A stretch of DNA of 64,000 nt from Trichinella spiralis (taxonomy: Eukaryota), in assembly GCF_000181795.1 (NCBI RefSeq), contig NW_003526945.1, positions 535,492 to 599,491 of the forward strand, read 5' to 3'. Positions within the stretch are counted from its first letter, which is position 1; each line of letters begins with the position of its first letter. The position numbers were made by a program, and so were the translations under genes. Of the stretch, positions 23,779 through 37,400 are shown one piece after another. The notes below the pieces were generated by a model, which was given only the letters and a program-made list of their open reading frames with translations, searched no databases and was not told the origin of the DNA.

Positions 23779-26700
23779 ATGATGCGCATGAAGAGAAGTT
23801 GCAGTTGGCCATCAATGTCTGACCAGAAGCCGTGTTTATCAATGAAATCAAAATCTGAAGAAATTCGAACGAATTCAGCCAGTGCACTTTACAAAACTGA
23901 CCGGAAACAATTTGCCGAAAAAGACAAGAGAGAAATAGAAATTTCATCCGGATCAAGTGATGACGATCCTACATTGTATAGAGCACGAGAAACTTCCGGC
24001 TTGTTTGATGCAAATTCGTATTTTCTGAATTCCATCAGACCACTGTGGTGCAATACGAAAACCCACGGATCGCAAACGCAGAAAGCGAGCTCAGCTCCCG
24101 CCGCCGTTTCTAAATCCAGTGACGACAGTTCGGGTAAGCTTTCCACGACGAGCTATATTCTTCGATTTTATTCATCACCTCATTTGTGTATGTGCAGAAT
24201 TTTCCAGCGTCGAACTGCTTTCAAAACGTCGATGCAGCGAAGACGCGAAAAGAATTGTGGTCGCCATCTGCGCCATGCATCGCAAGGTGAAGTCGAAGCC
24301 GATGAAGGAAATCTTGTCTCGCATTATTGAATACTACGGCGACAAAATGTACATAATGGTTTTCAACGAAACGATGATCATGAACGATCCGGTGGAAAAA
24401 TGGCCCATCTGTGATTGTTTCATCAGCTTCTATTCTCAAGGCTTTCCAATCGCCAAAGCGATCGATTATATTCGATTACGTAATCCTTATGTTATTAACG
24501 ACGTACACCGTCAGTATGATCTGCTAAGCAGGTATAATTTTGAATTAAATTTTGCATATATGTTTTTTTTCTTTTTTATTTATTTTTACTTATTTATTTA
24601 TTCTACTTTGTATTTCATTATTTATTTTTAGAATTAAAGTATATAAAATACTGGAAAAAGCTTACATTGAATTACCACGATACACAGTATTGCATCGAAA
24701 TCCCACTTCTTCGAAAAGTATTTGAAAATAATTTCGAAAATTTGCAATTTATATAATTTTAAATTTAAATAAATTTATATAAATGTTTTCAGCGTCAACC
24801 TATGTCGAACATGAAGATTCAATTGAAATTGATGGAAAATGTTTCAACAAGCCGTTTGTTGAGAAACCAATTTCCGCTGAAGATCATAACATATACATTT
24901 ATTATCCTTCCTCTGCTGGCGGTGGCTCGCAGCGACTCTTTCGCAAAGTTTGACATTTTATTTCAGTATATTACTTGTAAATTGAAAGTAGTTTTATGAA
25001 CATTTTTGCGCATACGATAAAATCAAGGGTATATTTTGAAATAATTTTTTTCTAACTGTGCAGGTAGATAATCGAAGCAGTATATATTCTCCTGAAAGTC
25101 ACATACGAAAAGAAGGCTCATATATTTATGAAGAATTTATGCCTACTGATGGAACTGACGTGAAGGTTATTGATAAAGTTTTTTTTCATTTTCAAAAATC
25201 ATGAACTTTTCATATTTGCATGTAGGTTTACGCAGTTGGACCTGACTATGCTCATGCGGAGGCGAGAAAATCGCCAGCTTTGGATGGAAAAGTGGATCGA
25301 GATTCAGATGGCAAAGAAATTCGTTACCCAGTAATATTAAGCAGTCGAGAAAAGCTGATAGCTCGAAAAATTGTTTGGGCTTTCCGGGTAAAGTCTCTTC
25401 ATTTAAATCAAATTGTTTATTTTAAAATTTTAAGCAAACCGTTTGCGGATTTGACTTGTTGCGAGCCAATGGACGTTCCTATGTATGCGATGTGAATGGA
25501 TTCTCTTTTGTTAAAACGTCTACGCGTTATTACGACGACTCTGCGTTGATTTTGGGCAACATGATCTTACGGTATTTGGCTCCGACGTTGCACATCCCCT
25601 GGGTCCGTCCATTTCAACTCGGTTGGTCAGTTGTGTTTCGTTTATATTCGATTTTTACGATACTTTAAAACAGACGATCCACCACTGGTATCTACGACCT
25701 ACGGCACCGTAATGGAATTGCGTTGTGTGTTGGGAATCATACGACACGGCGATCGGACACCAAAGCAAAAACTGAAAATGGAAGTATCGCACAAGAAGTA
25801 AAGTATTTCTCGTTTTACTTTAACTTGCTTATTTATTTATTTATTTATTTATTGGCATGCAGATTTTTTGATTTATTTTCCACATATGATGGTTTCAAAT
25901 TGGGCGAGCTGAAGTTGAAACGACCAGCTCAGTTACAAGAAGTGCTGGATATTGTAAGATATTTGCTTTTGCAAATTAGAGACAATACCGATCAGAGGCG
26001 TTTCATTACTGAACAAGAGGCTAAATTGGAACAAGTGAAAACAGTGTTGGAGATGTTAGTCATTTTATAAAAAAATTGAAAGTCAGCATATGTAAATGGT
26101 TGATAATTTTTGTTTGTCATTTTCGTTACACAGGCATGGTCACTTTTCGGGAATTAATCGCAAAGTGCAACTGAAATATCACAAAAGAGCCAAAAGTGAA
26201 CCTGGCGATTTGTCGACAGGTGAAAAACCAGATAATAATGAGAATAGGTGTTTAATTTTGATCGTGAAATGGGGTGGCGAGCTCACGAATGCTGGAAAAA
26301 TTCAGGCTGAAGAACTGGGCCGAGCGTTTCGTTGCTTGTATCCTGGTGGCCAAGGGAAGGGTACAGTTTTCTTGATTTATTTTTCTAAATCAACGTATTT
26401 TAAGATGAAAATATTTAACAATTCTAGGACAATCCAACAATGACAGTCGTGGACTTGGCTTTTTACGCTTGCATAGTACATACAGGCATGATTTGAAAAT
26501 TTATGCTTCAGAAGAGGGCAGAGTTCAAATGACCGCCGCTGCATTTGCCAAAGCAATATATACGTTTTCTTATAAATGTACATTTCAGAAAAAGTTTTCA
26601 TTAAATTTTTAGGGTCTCTTGGCTTTGGAAGGTCAGCTTCCGCCGATTTTAGTGCAAATGGTTAAATCGGCAAATACAGACGGCCTGCTGGATGATGACA

Positions 26701-29700
26701 AAGATGCGCGGTTATATCAGAATCGTGTTAAATCATTTTTGCATTCTTTTCTTCAGTGTGATGCTGATTTAACTGAAGAAGACTTTGAATGGGTAAAAAA
26801 AGTCGAATTTTTGTTTGTGTTTGTTGAAATTTTAAAATTTGCTTTGATTTCAGCTGAATCCGACCAATTCAATTACAATGCATAATGCGTTACGATTTAT
26901 ACAGAATCCACGTCAGATGTGCATCAGAATTCACGAGATGATTAAAAATATGTTTGAAACGATTCAACTACGTCGAACGAAACTGAAAAATAATACTCTA
27001 TACATGGGTGAAAGTTGGGATTTAATCGAACGTCGATGGGGCAAATTGGTGAAAGACTTTCGATGTGTGAAGCCTAATGGTGACGTGGTATTTGATATTT
27101 CCAAAATTCCAGACATATATGATGTAATAATGTTTGTTTGTTTCGAAAAATCTATCCTTAATTTTATGGTTTTCTTTAATTTTTTTTTCTTACAATTTCA
27201 GTGTATAAAATATGATTTGGAGCACAATGCTAGTGTGCTACTGGCTGTTGAAGAGATGGAAGAGTTGTATTTGTGTTCTAAGCATATGGCCGATATTGTT
27301 GTTTTTCAAGTAATCATCTCGATCAGACTGAACATTTGTGTATATATTGTTTTGAAAACCTTTTTTTAGGAATACGGAATTACCAAAGAAGAAAAAATTT
27401 TAATCGGTAAAGGAATCTGTACACCTCTGATAAAGAAATTGCGCTCTGATTTGAATCGCTGTATTGATGGTATCGTAGACGAAGAAAACGCTACAAGACT
27501 TGATCCTCGGTAGGAAAACCTTTTCCATTTTAATTTTACCATTCGTTTCGAATACAACTTTAAATATCCTTCTTAACATAATATAATATATTTCGTTATT
27601 TTAGAGCTTCAAAAGATATTGCCACTCCATTCCGACACGTTCGAACGCGACTGTATTTCACTAGCGAAAGCCACATTCATTCTTTGATGAATTTGTTACA
27701 GTTTGGGGGACTTTTTGAATATGTAAGCTACAACTGTTTCACGTATGAAAAATTTGGTGAAATTGTTTTATTTATTTTTGCTTGAGCCTTATGATAATCA
27801 ATGGAAAAGCGCGTTGAACTTTTTGTCTTCGGTGACTGAATACAATTATATGGCACAGTTAGTACTGATGCTGTACGAGGATACAACTAAAGACGCTCGA
27901 TCTGAAGACCGCTTTCATGTGGAATTGCATTTTTCACCCGGGGCACTTCCTTGCATTCAGACTACTCACGTTGCTGGTCTCGGTTATCGGTATGTAATAG
28001 CCAAAAAAGAACCATTCGTTATTCAAAATTATCTCAAATTATAGACCAAAATCTTATCGGAGCGCTATGAATGAAACATTAATGAACATCAACGACTTGA
28101 TTAAAGCTCTTGACGATGAGCGGGTATCAGACAATAAGCTGTCAATTGATCGAAGTGTAATTAGCAGTTTATATTTTGTTGACATGTTTACATATATCAC
28201 AGACTATTTTATATCATAGTTTAACCTAAGGAAAGAAAAGCAAATTTCTCCAACGCAATCTTCCGGTACCTCTATTGGAGTTGTTGCTATTGGTGATAAA
28301 GAAAATAAACCAATCAGTATGAATTTCCTTTTTTCTATTGTCACTTATGATTTAAATGGAATTTAATCAACTATAAAATATTACAGAAAAACTGTTATAC
28401 TAGGCTGACCTACAAATTTGGTAAATATTTTAAAGAACAAACCGATATATTTGTTTGGCATTATTTCTGTAATAACAGTAATAGCTAGTGTTCATATTCT
28501 TTTTGCTGATAATTTGTGGGTTAGCTTAAGGCCATGATTGATGTGTTTCAAGAATTTATTTAAAATATATGTACTGTTTTATCAACGCTGATTCAATTTA
28601 TTAAAATGCTTTATTGTTTAGCTAACGAAGAGCTTGCACTGCATTCCCCTGATAGAGTCCCGTCGCCAGATCGAACGCTTCCTGTCATCAAGTCAAGTAG
28701 TGACATTAGCTGCTTGAAAAGTAGATATTTTTCTCACACTAGTACATATATTATTATATATTTATTACATACCGATTTCGATGAAGATAAATACAAATAT
28801 ACGGAATTATATATAATTATTAAAAATTGAAACACTGTTTTAAGGTTATAAGAAAAAACGGACTTCCACTTTAGGAAAGAAGAATGAAACTGAAGAACAG
28901 CCGAATTATTATTCGAATATAGTTTCAGTTGAAGAACCTTTGGGAGGTGATACATTTACTTATATTTTACCTTTTCCCCCAATGTCCAATGTTTATATTT
29001 TGTGCTTCAATTTGACAGTGAAAGGGGAAGCTATACATTTATTTTCTGCAGTATTTTAACATACACTTTGATATTTTAAGCTAGACAGTATCCTCACAAA
29101 CGTGCAATATATCAACGTCAGGCTGTGAAATATCTTTGGCGTATGAATTTTTCCATATTTTTAATTGCACTAATTGCCGTTAATGTTTAATTTTAGAACA
29201 AGATGCAAAACTGATCAGTACAGCTGTGATCAGCGGTTCGTTTTCAGTAGCTAGAGATGGTAGTGCAATTTTACAAATAACTGTTGATATGGAAGAAAAT
29301 GCATCATTTATTTATTTACTTATTTGATAAATTTAGCTGCTCCAGCATTGCTGAGCACTGCGGTAGTATCAAGAGGTTCAAGTGCACCGGATTTAAGACT
29401 TTCATCGCGTGCAGAAGAACTCGACAAAAACGGTATAGATATAGTTTTTTGAATTACTCTTTTAAAAAATTACAAAATCTTTAACTAAATGAAGTACTGA
29501 TAAAATATTGTATGACATTTTATTGTTCTTGTAGCTTGAAGAAAATAAATGTGTTTTTCATTAAAGAACTATAATAGATTATATCCAGGGATTGATAGCT
29601 AAGAGAAGAATACTTCTATTTTGCATTTTGACCACTTATACTATATTTGCGTATCTGTATAACTCTCAGTTGTGTTCAAGTACATATATATTTGAAAAGT

Positions 29701-30051
29701 TTTATAAAACAGTTACTGCAATGGTTCACTTACCTGAAAAATTTAGACATTGCCTTCATGGTACCGCCGTTGCGTTCTTTGGAAACGTTGCATAATCAGT
29801 TGTCTCTGAGGCAGATTGACGATTTTTTTGAAGCAATTGTTGCTTCGAAGTCTCCAGATGGAAAGTTACCTGAAAATTCATCTGAAGGTTTGTATGACGT
29901 TAAGCTTCTGCTTGAATGTCTGTTTGTTTATGCAGTAAATTCTTACTTTTCAGAATATTTAAAAGATGAATTGTCTCACAGTTGGCTTTATCAGATTGAG
30001 GATGTGCAGTATGAGGAAATTTCAGACAGAAATTCACATCGTATGGAATGA
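23779..30051 (+). CDS. PPIP5K: Inositol hexakisphosphate/diphosphoinositol-pentakisphosphate kinase (PPIP5K/Vip1), multi-exon
   Basis: ATP-grasp kinase motifs [62 protein letters not shown] and [10 protein letters not shown]. Histidine-phosphatase motif [10 protein letters not shown]. Also [18 protein letters not shown] and C-terminal [18 protein letters not shown]. The start codon is less certain. Confidence 0.95.
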
Positions 30052-30688
30052 AGCTGATGAAATGAATGCATCTTTGTTTCTAACTCCGAGTGTTTTTCCA
30101 TTTACTGTACCGTAGAGATGAAGATGTGAATGGTAGTGTTTGATAATTTTTCTGTTCGACGGAATCTGAAATTATTAATACTGTGCATGTTTAACGTAAA
30201 TTTGTTCACATGCTGTTGATACGTGCAAAACTTTAATGTCAAAGGTTTCCTTATTTTCTAAATTATGCACTGCTTGTTGTTCTAAGTTAAAGACATAAAA
30301 AATAAAAGTTTACAAAAATATTTCATGTGTTTACTGTTGTGTTTATGATAGATAGTATCAACGAAGGTGCTATCGCCTATTCATATAAAAAAACTAGTGA
30401 ACAAAAACTGTTTGTGGATACTGTGCGATTTATGATTTTCAGGATTTATTTGAGATAGTATTAACGATTACAACACAAACAATGTAAGATTATTGTACAG
30501 ATATGCGTACTATCATTGTGCGTAAAGTTCTTAATTTTCTTCACTTTTAATATGTATATACTGTTGACCATACATTTCTTTGCTACAGTAATCTATAATT
30601 GTGCTTTTCGAAAAATCCTTATTTTTGTTGAATGGATTTTGATTTTCCATTGCAGAGAACGCATATTTTGATGAACTGATGTGTTAAA

Positions 30689-31560
30689 ATGGTCCGCTTA
30701 GCCCGTGTTTTAGTGTGTGGTGCGAAAAAGGTTGGCAAGACTGCTATATTAAGTCAGATTGCAAATGGCATCAACTTAGTCGGACAAGTTAGTTTTAGTA
30801 CAGCGCTGTTTGAGGTTTTCAGTTTTGTTATTTTTCAGCCCTACTGTCCTACTACAGAGGATACGTATTTTTTGGAGGTATGTACCGAAAAGTCGACAGA
30901 CATGCTAATTCTGCTTGACACCGCTGGATTGGATGATTTGGAACCGCTGCCTAAGAAGAATAAGTTTCAAGCCGCAGACGTACGAATTTACAATTGATCT
31001 TTTGTAAAATTCATCAGCATCAAATTATTTTTCAGGCTGTAATATTAGTTTGCAGTGTAGATCAGCCCTACTCTACTGCTTTCTTGGATGTCGTAAATGA
31101 GCAAGTTCGTTCGATAGCTAAAGACAGAAAAGAGGCAATACGTTTCTTTTTAATTGTTAATGTCGTATAACATTTAGATTTTTTCAGTTTCCATTTCTTG
31201 TTTTTCTCAATAAGATTGATTTAAATATCGATGGACAATTCAGCAATGACATATCTACGGTCGCGAATTGGTGCAAAAAAGAGAAAGGTGCTCTGTGTGT
31301 ATTTATTTCAATAAATGTTTTACTTAAATGAAAACCTTACGGCTGTTTAGTGCGTTTCTTTCAAGTTGACGCTAGCAATGTCAATGTTTTGGTAGAGCCG
31401 TTTAAATTTCTGGCCGGAAAACTGTTTTCCACCAGTAAAATTCCTTACAGTATGGTTATACGTTTTGTATCATAAATTTGTTTCAGAAGACAGCAAATTC
31501 TCGCTACCAAAGAAGGCTAAAGAAAAGGTCCCTGGCGCAGCTATTCTGCTTGATTTTTGA
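30689..31560 (+). CDS. NKIRAS: kappaB-Ras (NF-kappa-B inhibitor-interacting Ras-like) small GTPase, 6 exons
   Basis: RVLVCGAKKVGKTAILSQI, PTTEDTY, LLDTAGL (Leu at the Ras Q61 position as in kappaB-Ras), KDRKE-FPFLVFLNKID. No CAAX; ends GAAILLDF*. Confidence 0.8.
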
Positions 31561-33629
31561 CTGGAAAAGCACGCGGAAACAAGCAGACCTCAGCAGTGGT
31601 TAACATGCATTATATATAAATTTTTGGAATTCGAATCAAATCTGAACATTTTTATGTTTGCTAATTTGTGAATAGGAAATTTTTGGAATAATTATCGTAT
31701 TAACTTTTGAAAAAAACAACTACCGACTTTTATTGTACAATCTTTTAAAGAAATTGTTTTTCACTCATTTTCTACCGCATTTTTACTTTAACATACATAT
31801 GCACGGCAATTAAAATGAAAATGTTTTTAGGTGTGTTTCTGAAAATTTAAATATCATACCTTGCTTTAAAAGTGGTGTTACTTCTGAAATTTGTTTTCTC
31901 ATAGCGCACAACATTCAGATGGACCGCATTTTAAAACTACTCTGCTAAACAACGTGCCAAACCGCATTACAGAGATAAAACCATATTCACGTCATTTTCA
32001 CTGCTCTTCAGATTTACCTTTTGTGCTTTTGTTTATATTAATGTACTGTACATATATATATATATGTTTTTATTATTTATCAATGCTTATTTATTTATAT
32101 TTACATGACAGTCAAGATTTACTTTTGGAAAGAATACTTTAAAAACTGCTGTTGTCGATAAATAGTCAGTACAGTATGCAATAAATAAATGGAGGTTCAT
32201 ACACATCAGAAAATATTTAACAAGAAGTTTTTAACAAGAAATACTGTTGCTTTTAATTACTTTTTTCAATTTAAACACTTAAAAAAATATTTCTTCATAT
32301 TACACTTACATTATTATAAATATAAAAGTTTTGCGTTTGAACATATTAGTTAAGCAAACGGAAGTGGCTAAAAATATTTGTGTAGCCAACTGCTTACCAC
32401 TTATTACGACCATAAATCACAGAAACATACAAAGAACAACTTTACCCTAGAAAAATCAATTTGAACAAAGATTACAATCTTATATTTATACATTTCAGTT
32501 AGTTATTATTAATAGGTAAAGTCAAAAATATTGATCAGTTACGAATTCTTTCTATTTTTTGCATTATCCTGCTCTTTTGTTAAACATAATTAGCAGAAAC
32601 TATTATTAAGAAATCAATGATTCATTACCAGATATGGCTATTCACAAGAAACATAAAGTATAAATTCAAGAATTTGAATAAAAACAACATAAAATATTTG
32701 ACGTATTTTGAATAGTATTTGATTTATTGATAAGCTTAATTTTGCTAATAGCGTTTTGTTCAATATTTCAAAAAGATTTCTTTTTCAATTGATTGTTTAG
32801 TACAAATATGTTGTGTTGTGCAATGAATAGTTTTACGGTTCAGTCTTTAATTAGAAACCCGACGAAATTTTTCAATGAGATGAATCAATGCAAATTGATT
32901 CATGAACTTCAGCTGAAACATTATTTAGCACTTTCTAAGGATCTTTCAAATGTAGAAGAATATATGTAAAAGAATTGAACAGCTTGGCATCTGCAGTTAC
33001 AAATTAGCTTGTCGAAGAATAGAATTAAGCGACCATTGATGATTAGGCACAAAGAGCAACGTTCAAACCTTTACTGGCGCGGTCGCACCATATCTGATTA
33101 CAACATTGTCAGTAGTGTTGAAAATAAAACTTCTGAAAATAGTTTAAAACTCACCAAATCACATTCCAGCAATGATCTGAATGCAAATCAATTTTTCTAT
33201 CTCCGGCTCATTTACTAAATACTTACTTCTTTGAACATTTTTGATAAAGTGACAATATTTCATATTTTCCACATCTCTTTTTTGCATTCTATTCGATTAG
33301 TGAAATTTGTTATACTAAATAAATAAAATATTTTTATTAAAATAAAAGTACAATCCCTATAATTCATAAAATTCTATCAATTCGTGTGAAAACATAAATG
33401 AAAACTATACTCATTTATGAAAGTTTAATAGAAGTTGCTTTGTCTCACAACAAAAGTAAACCTGATAATATCTATATTTTATTCATATGTTTTATAATTT
33501 AATAATGTTAGTCTGTTTAATATTCCATATATTTTAAGAGTAATTATAATTGTAAAGTTAGCTTTACACTTTGTTCAATAGTGTTGAACTGATAAACAAA
33601 ACTGACATTTACAAAATTGGAAAGAAACA

Positions 33630-33667
<38 letters not shown>

Positions 33668-34423
33668 AGAGAGAAAGAGAGCGAGAAAAAGTTACGTTTA
33701 AGTAAAACTGTCTAAATCAGTGCGATGCATTGCGTGCGCCTATTACAATAATTATTTATGACGTTTTGATCTCAAATCATTATAGTCGCAGGAGTAATTT
33801 TCGGGCAATTACACAAATTATTGACAAAAGAATTACATACAGCACAGTCAGTTTTGGTTGCACACGCAAATCAAAATATGCAAAAAATATTATAATAATT
33901 GAATAAACGCGAAAAATACAGGAAATGAAGTGAATAATTTTTTGTAAACCAAAATTGATACTGTACTTTAGGAAAAAAAGGAATAAATAGTACATATGTA
34001 TTTATATTAGATTTATGCATGATTATTTATAAAAGAAGGAAACAACAGATTTTGTATACGATGATGATGATGATTTGGATTCACTTTCACGGAACAAATT
34101 GCTTCTTTTCTGAATTATGATAATTGATTATTAAATTTTTTTATAGTTTAAAATAAAAAATTCTGGAAAATGGCCGTTTCGCGAGCAAGTTGTCCATCAA
34201 TCTTGGCAGAGTGCCGTTTGCCCAATGACAGTTGAAGAGAAGAATCGTGCTTTCACGACTGCTTTATGACGTAATATGTTTTTTGTTAAGTTTCAAATCT
34301 GTGAGCAATACAACGTCACGACAATGAATGCAGCTTTGATGATTTGAAAAGCAAAACTATTGGAGGAGCACCGTTTCAAGCTTTCAACTTGTGCCTCAGT
34401 TTGGTCAAGTTTGAAATTGTCGA

Positions 34424-37400
34424 ATGTTGTCACTGTATCGTGTCAGTCCAATCCATCACCAAAATTATTCGGTTATTTTTACTTTTATTTATACAGATCA
34501 GCCAGATTCTGCTTCCAAATGTCCAATTGTATCCACTTTGCCATTCAGCTATTCTGGACTTCGCTGGAGGGTTGTACTGCCGGAAAACAGTGATGCATAC
34601 TTTGATCCACTGCTTACACTTCATGAGCCAGGTGCAAATGTGCGCTGCGTTCTGGATTTTGGCTTCACGTTGATCAATCAGGATTCATTTACTCAAAATG
34701 AAAGTTATCAGCTGAGCAGGTGCAGGTTCGATAAAAATTTTTACTCACAAGGCAAAAGATGCTTCATTGCTTACAGTGATCTACGCAGAAGAAAATTTCT
34801 CAATTCTGCTCGACAATGTTTGATCGAACTGAAATTAAACAACGCTGAAACTATTTTTGAAGATTATTTAAAACTGATCACTCACGATACTGGCCAAGTT
34901 TCGACTCGAAACAAGCTAGATTATCAGTGTTACAATACTTTACCGTTTCATTATGGAGATTTTGACTGGTCAGTACAATTTTTATAATTGCAAATTTTCA
35001 CTTTGTAAATCAGTTGTAAATAGAAATTTAAAGTAATCCTTTTATGTTAATATTCTTTCCGTTTGAATTCATTATTGCAACATCATTCTGGGAATCAATT
35101 GAAGACAATTCAATTACAAGATTAGCTAGCTACGTTAGCACGTTTTCCATTGTGCATGATTCTACCCGCTACTGTTAGCATTTGGTAATCTCATCATAAA
35201 TTTGCTTTGCAACAATTTAAAAACTGTTTTTATTTTTAATTTTGCTGTTCACACATTTCTGTTGATCAAAGCACTTCCATTTCATATAATTGAGGATGTA
35301 ATTTATGAATAACGAATGCACCAAGCGTTGAAATTATCATTTCACTACTAAAATGAAAAAAAAGTTGATTTTCTTTTATTCGAACATCTTTCAATTTCAC
35401 ATTTGCAAAACCAACGTGCTAACTGGATTTTACAATTAAAGATTAAATTGTTTTTCAATAAAAGCGGAAGTAATTTTTTTAAGCACTCTATAAAATGATG
35501 GTTGTCAATCGATATCAAAAATCTGTAACTAAATTATTTTCTTTTGCAAATATAATTCAGCAAGTAAAAAGTTTCTCATTATTAATTGAGCCGTGTAAGT
35601 TATTTATTTTCAGTTTTTAAGTTAATTTTTAAAGAATAGTTTTTAATTTCAAAAAAAATCCATAGATATACATACAATGCATGCGAACTAATTGACCACA
35701 AACTTCCATCTGTGTTCAAGAATTGACTTCTAATTGAACAACAAATAACTTTGTTCTTTTTTAATTAGAGGATTTTTCCAAAGGTTTCATTTCACCAATT
35801 TCTGTGTTCATATTTTAATACACAGACAGTGTTCACAATTAGCATCATTATTGCAAGGAAACTTTGAATTTTTAACATATATTTGATTGCAAAACATTTC
35901 TGCACAGACAGACATACTTTTCTGCAGAAGTTTTCATTAATATTTGAAAACTGCGGTATGCATACATCATGCAGTATGTATTTAATGCATTGTTTTCCTG
36001 TTTGCTGATGTCATTACATTTTACGTTTACTGGATCATATACAATCAAAATGCCAAATCAATATTTATGATCATTCATTTATATGTACATCACTACTTTC
36101 ATTTTAAAATGTCACTGCTTTTAAACAAATATAATAACTCTATTGTCATGAGACACCAAAAAAATATTGTCATTCTTTGGCTTTTCCTATCTTTAAACAT
36201 TGTATCTATCTATCGCATATCCGGCTTTCATTTATCTCACATTGATATAAGCAATAATAATAATAATAATAATAGCGCAATCCTTTTTTGATTTTTATAA
36301 ATACAACAAAATTTTAAGTATATAATAATAAAAAAAAGTTTTTTTACTTACATCATCAGTGTAACGGTTGCAGTAGTAATGAGCACGAAGCTTGTTCTTA
36401 ATTAATGTGGGATATTTTTCCACATAGCGAAAACTTTGAGCTTCAGTTGCAAGTGGGAGGTAGGTCTGAACGTTCACGGATGCAGAAAAGTTAGCAGCTG
36501 CTAAATTAAAAATTAAAAATTCAACTTTTAGGTTTTGTGTGTTTTGTCCAAACATGGACGACACTAATTTGTTCTCAAAGCACATGATTCAACTGAATCG
36601 TTGCAGTTCAAGCAACTTGCTTTGCAAGCTTCGATATTGCATTTCAATTGGTGAAGGTGATGAGCGAGCTTTTAAATTTGCTTTCCAAGACGAAATATTT
36701 GGCTTCAATGGTACTGGTGAAGGAATTTACTTTACGGAAAATTACCAGAAATATGTGAAAAAGAATGAACTGAAAATTACAATCAAGCTTTATCACTTCA
36801 GCTATGTTTGTCAGCTGAAATTGGGCGTGCCGAGCTTGAATAATCCATTGCATTCGATTTGTTACGATCAAGACAAAAGACCTTGGCATGTGGTTACCCG
36901 CTACTCACAGAATTGCAATACCATGAAAGTTAGTGTCATATTTGTTGGGAGTTTGCAGATTCCTAAAAACTACTGTCGCTTGGTTACTTGGTCATTTTGC
37001 ATTGTACCGGCAAAGCAGGAAATGCAAAATCAAGATATCAATTTTTCTGAAAATCCAATCAGCGTATGCTACTTTCCTCAAAATGATCCTGGTATTTCAT
37101 TCTTCACTTCACTTTCTAAACAAATGGTAAAGAATAAATAACTCTATATACACAGCTCTTCTCCACACGATTCCGCTATATATGTATATATATATATATA
37201 TAATAAGCACAATAAAGGGACTTACTTGTTTCATATAATTTTAAAAGGTATTTTTTTCATTTCAGCTACGATCAAAAAATAATCCATGGATTGATTCATC
37301 GGACGGAAAAATAACCAGTTACTTGGAATGGCATTCGTCTTATTTGATTGCCGTACCCGCGTTTCAGTCTATGGAATCAGCAATGCAAAAACAAGTTGAA

